A DNA stretch of 42,996 nucleotides, from assembly GCF_006345805.1 (NCBI RefSeq), contig NW_021835071.1, positions 1 to 42,996 on the forward strand. The letters run 5' to 3'. Every line of letters starts with the position of its first letter. Position 1 is the stretch's first letter. A model generated the notes under the pieces. The model was given only the letters and a program-made list of their open reading frames with translations. It did not search any database and was not told the DNA's origin. This document shows positions 39,660-42,996 of the stretch, in pieces. The translations under genes were made by a program, and so were the position numbers. This stretch comes from Octopus sinensis. Its lineage: Eukaryota.

Positions 39660-39904
39660 ATGGTATGTGTCTACATGTGCAAGTGTGTGAAAATATGTAT
39701 GTATTTATATCTATATCTATATATGTGTATGTGTGTGCATGTGTACGTGTGTGCTCGCACGCGTGCGTGTGTATGTATGCATTTATGTGTGTATATATAT
39801 GCATGCATGTATGTATGTATGTATGCATGCATGTATGTATGTACATATGTATAGATAGATAAATATTGAGAAAAATGGTAAGACAGCATATATATATTTA
39901 TATT

Positions 39905-39970
<66 letters not shown>

Positions 39971-39982
39971 TATATATATCTT

Positions 39983-40013
<31 letters not shown>

Positions 40014-40043
40014 ATATATTATATATATATATGTATATATATG

Positions 40044-40085
<42 letters not shown>

Positions 40086-40091
40086 CGTGCA

Positions 40092-40123
<32 letters not shown>

Positions 40124-40316
40124 AGAGCATATGTGTGGCAGTATCTACTATATATGCATGTATGTATATGTGCATACACTTATAATCCGCGCAATTTCTT
40201 TACTGTAAGTGAAGACATTTGCTTTAAGTATGGATAGATTGCTTCAGGCAATTCTGTTAGATTGTCACTCTGTGCATTGGGTATATGTATATAACAAGCA
40301 ATGTGTAGCAACAAAT

Positions 40317-40352
<36 letters not shown>

Positions 40353-40389
40353 GTAGGTAGGTAGGTAGGTAGGTAGGTAGGTAGGTAGG

Positions 40390-40454
<65 letters not shown>

Positions 40455-40609
40455 TGATTGATAGATAGATATAGACATATATATACATATATATATACAT
40501 GCATATATATATATAGAGAGAGAGAGAGATAGAAAGATAGATAGATACATATATATATATATATATATATATATGTTTATATGTGTCTGTATGTATGTAT
40601 GTATGTATG

Positions 40610-40640
<31 letters not shown>

Positions 40641-41167
40641 GTAGGTATGTACGTATACACATTCATACAAATGTGGTGAGTTTGTGTATGTACTTGTGGT
40701 TATAACTGTATAATGTTTGTCACTGTATTTGTCTATGTATGAGTATATGGTTAATACGCTTTAATAGGATTAAAGCTGTACCATTTTGTCTGTGGAGAAT
40801 CTGTTGGTGATTCGGTGAGAATTTCAGAATTGTTTTAGATTTGCTTGTTTCTTTTTGTTTTTTTTTTTCTTACATTTTCGGCACCTAAATGCATTTATGG
40901 AGGTTGTTGTATGGAAAGAATGTTCTCCTGGTTGAAGATCTGCAGCTCAGAATATGTACTCAATCTTTAATTCTACGAATATAGCGCGTTATAGCGTTAC
41001 GTATGTAGTCATATACACGCGCTCAAGCACACATACACACGCTCACACTCACATACACTCAGTCACACACATACAAACACAGAAACACATGCACACACAC
41101 GCACACATACGCACGTAGGACACACACGTACGTATGTATGTATATATATATCAATATATACATATAT

Positions 41168-41210
<43 letters not shown>

Positions 41211-41275
41211 TTACAATTTCCCATATATACATATATACATACGCATATATACACACTATAAATAAGTGTGTACAT

Positions 41276-41321
<46 letters not shown>

Positions 41322-41525
41322 ATACGCATATATATATACATGCGTACATATCCGTGTATATGTGTTGTAAGTATGTATAGTAACATGCATAATTATGTGT
41401 GTACATCTTTATATATGTATGAGTGTAAGAATATATATGTGTGCATATAAGTGTGTGTGTGGTGAGAGGTAGATGGAGCTGTGTGTATGTGTATGTGTGT
41501 GTGTGCAGTTATATGCATATACTTT
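39660..41525. repeat. (TG)/(TA)n, (GATA)/(GGTA)n, (TATG)n and (CA)n mosaics with short unique islands
   Basis: Direct inspection. Confidence 0.85.
40204..40269 (-). CDS. Candidate 66-nt exon encoding an LRR-like peptide
   Basis: cacAG|AGT GAC AAT CTA ... CTT ACA|GTAAAG gives [22 protein letters not shown], which fits the typical LRR spacing LPxxxFxxLxxLxxL. Splice signals are weak. Confidence 0.25.
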
Positions 41526-41814
41526 TGCGTGCATATTTGCTGGCGAGCCTGTGCGTGAGCTGTACATGCTTAGACGTGGGAACCTTTATGCAATAGCTTG
41601 TGCTATACGGAGTATTTTAAATTATAAGAATTATTTTAGATTTATACATATTCTTATACAGGTATATAAGTATATAAATACGTAATGGTATGTTGTTTAC
41701 ATTTGTTTCTACAGACTCTCCCAATTTTTAAAATCTATAGGTATTTCCTGTATTAAGATGTACTATATGTGTATTTAAAACGGTACAATTCAATCGGATC
41801 ATTAAAGGTATTTC

Positions 41815-42232
41815 GGATCTTTTCGGTTTTAACGGCAGGTTTTAACATAATTTCTAGGTAACTAATAAATTTTAAACTTCGTATACTGGTAGAATGTGTT
41901 TATAAAACATCTTTTTCTCTTGGCTTTATTGAGAAAATTCTATAGGTTGTAAGATATTTTATGTTTTTATTCTTCAATTTCTGCAGTTTCAACCAATCAC
42001 TGACGTCTATAGAGGTAAAAGAAACATTCTGTGCCGTATGAATATGTTCCTCGTTTAAGAAACAGATTGTGTTTATTTACATTTGTGAAGAAAAAATATA
42101 CCCTTCCCCCCACACCTAACCCTAACCCTAAAACAGATTGAAATGCAATAGATCGATACTAGGGTCATAATTATGGGTGACAATTTCATATGACACCGCT
42201 AGAAAAAACTGCCGTTCAAACCGAAAAGATCC
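41815..42232. mobile_element. MITE copy 3 (GGATC TIRs), 8-bp TSD
   Basis: TSD GGTATTTC (41807-41814) / GATATTTC (42233-42240); same body as copies 1 and 2. Confidence 0.92.
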
Positions 42233-42414
42233 GATATTTCTTTATATATCGGCTAAAATATATTTAGGCAGCGGAATAATTTATAAGAATCGGCAATGGA
42301 AATCGTACCATGATTTTGTCGTTTATAGAACGAACGTGATAACTACTGCACCGATGTGACGTGACAACTCTCAACCATCGAATTTAGAAGCCTTTACTAG
42401 TCAATGTAGAAAAT

Positions 42415-42525
42415 GGTTAGTCCACATTATTCCATAAGGCACATAGGGCTGGTTTCCTGGTTTTTCTGGCGAATATATTCCTCCCTAGACGAGAAGCTGG
42501 TCCGTAGTCAGTCACTTTTACCAGC
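42415..42525 (-). mobile_element. Old diverged copy of the family A variant-2 3' domain
   Basis: Minus ctacggaccagcttctcgtctagggagg...cgccagaaaaaccaggaaaccagccctatg aligns to ctgcgatggaccggcgtcccgtccaggtgggg...cgccaagaaaccgggaaatcggctcttatg of the adjacent SINE. Confidence 0.55.
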
Positions 42526-42529
42526 CGAG

Positions 42530-42844
42530 TTGTTTGCTTTTTGTTTGTTCCTTCTCGAGCCATGCCTGGCTCATAAGAGCCGATTTCCCGGTTTCTTGGC
42601 GTATAGGTTCCCCACCTGGACGGGACGCCGGTCCATCGCAGGTGAGCTGCAAGATGCAGGAGGAAAGAGTGAGAGAAAGTTGTGGCGAAAGAGTCAGCAG
42701 AAGTTTCGCCATTACCTTCTGACGGAGCCGCGTGGAGCTTAGGTGCTTCGCTCATAAACACACACATCGTCCGGTCTGAGATTCGAAACCGCGATCCCTC
42801 GACCACGAGTCCGCTGCTCTAACCACTAGGCCATGTGCCTCCAC
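42530..42844 (-). mobile_element. Full-length family A SINE, 3' variant 2
   Basis: Closely similar to 27619-27914; A-rich tail aacaaacaaaaagcaaacaac. Confidence 0.9.
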
Positions 42845-42854
42845 TTGCCAGAAA

Positions 42855-42990
42855 AGTAGACTGGAGTAACTTGAAATGAAATGAAGTATCTTGCTCAGGA
42901 ACACAACGCATCGCCCGGTCCATGAATCGAAACCACAATCTTACGATCATGAGTGCTGCACGCTAATCCCTAAGCCATGTGCCTCCACAT
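42855..42990 (-). mobile_element. Family D tRNA-derived SINE head
   Basis: tggaggcacatggcttagggattag...GGTTTCGATTCATGG...gtgttcctgagcaagatacttcatttc. Confidence 0.7.
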
Positions 42991-42996
42991 TGCCAT

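Overview
Eukaryotic, AT-rich, essentially non-coding DNA, a large part of it microsatellite: (GGT)n, (TA)n, (TATG)n, (GATA/GACA)n, (ATT)n, (CTT)n. Almost all listed ORFs are translations of these repeats. The tRNA-derived SINEs and repeat density resemble an octopus (coleoid cephalopod) genome; this is recognition from memory, not a database result. No host protein-coding gene can be named. The only recognisable protein is a decayed Tc1/mariner DD37D (maT-like) transposase (29785-31269), itself interrupted by a MITE. Other mobile DNA: about 20 SINE copies or fragments from at least four families, three copies of a GGATC-TIR MITE (Merlin-like), a non-autonomous Helitron followed by a possible 70-bp mini-Helitron, and Penelope-like fragments. 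Most notable observations: (1) an 884-bp near-perfect palindrome (298-bp arms, one mismatch) centred on (TA)n; (2) one MITE copy flanked by a 37-bp target duplication where its siblings have 8 bp; (3) a non-canonical minimal hammerhead-ribozyme-like fold at 21493-21534 (minus); (4) a MITE carrying CCAAT and CRE motifs, telomeric hexamers and an outward-reading ATG; (5) a 73-nt hairpin; (6) a 42-bp minisatellite with a 14-aa coding-like signature; (7) several weak candidate exons, one LRR-like. None is established as a new system, and some may be assembly artefacts.
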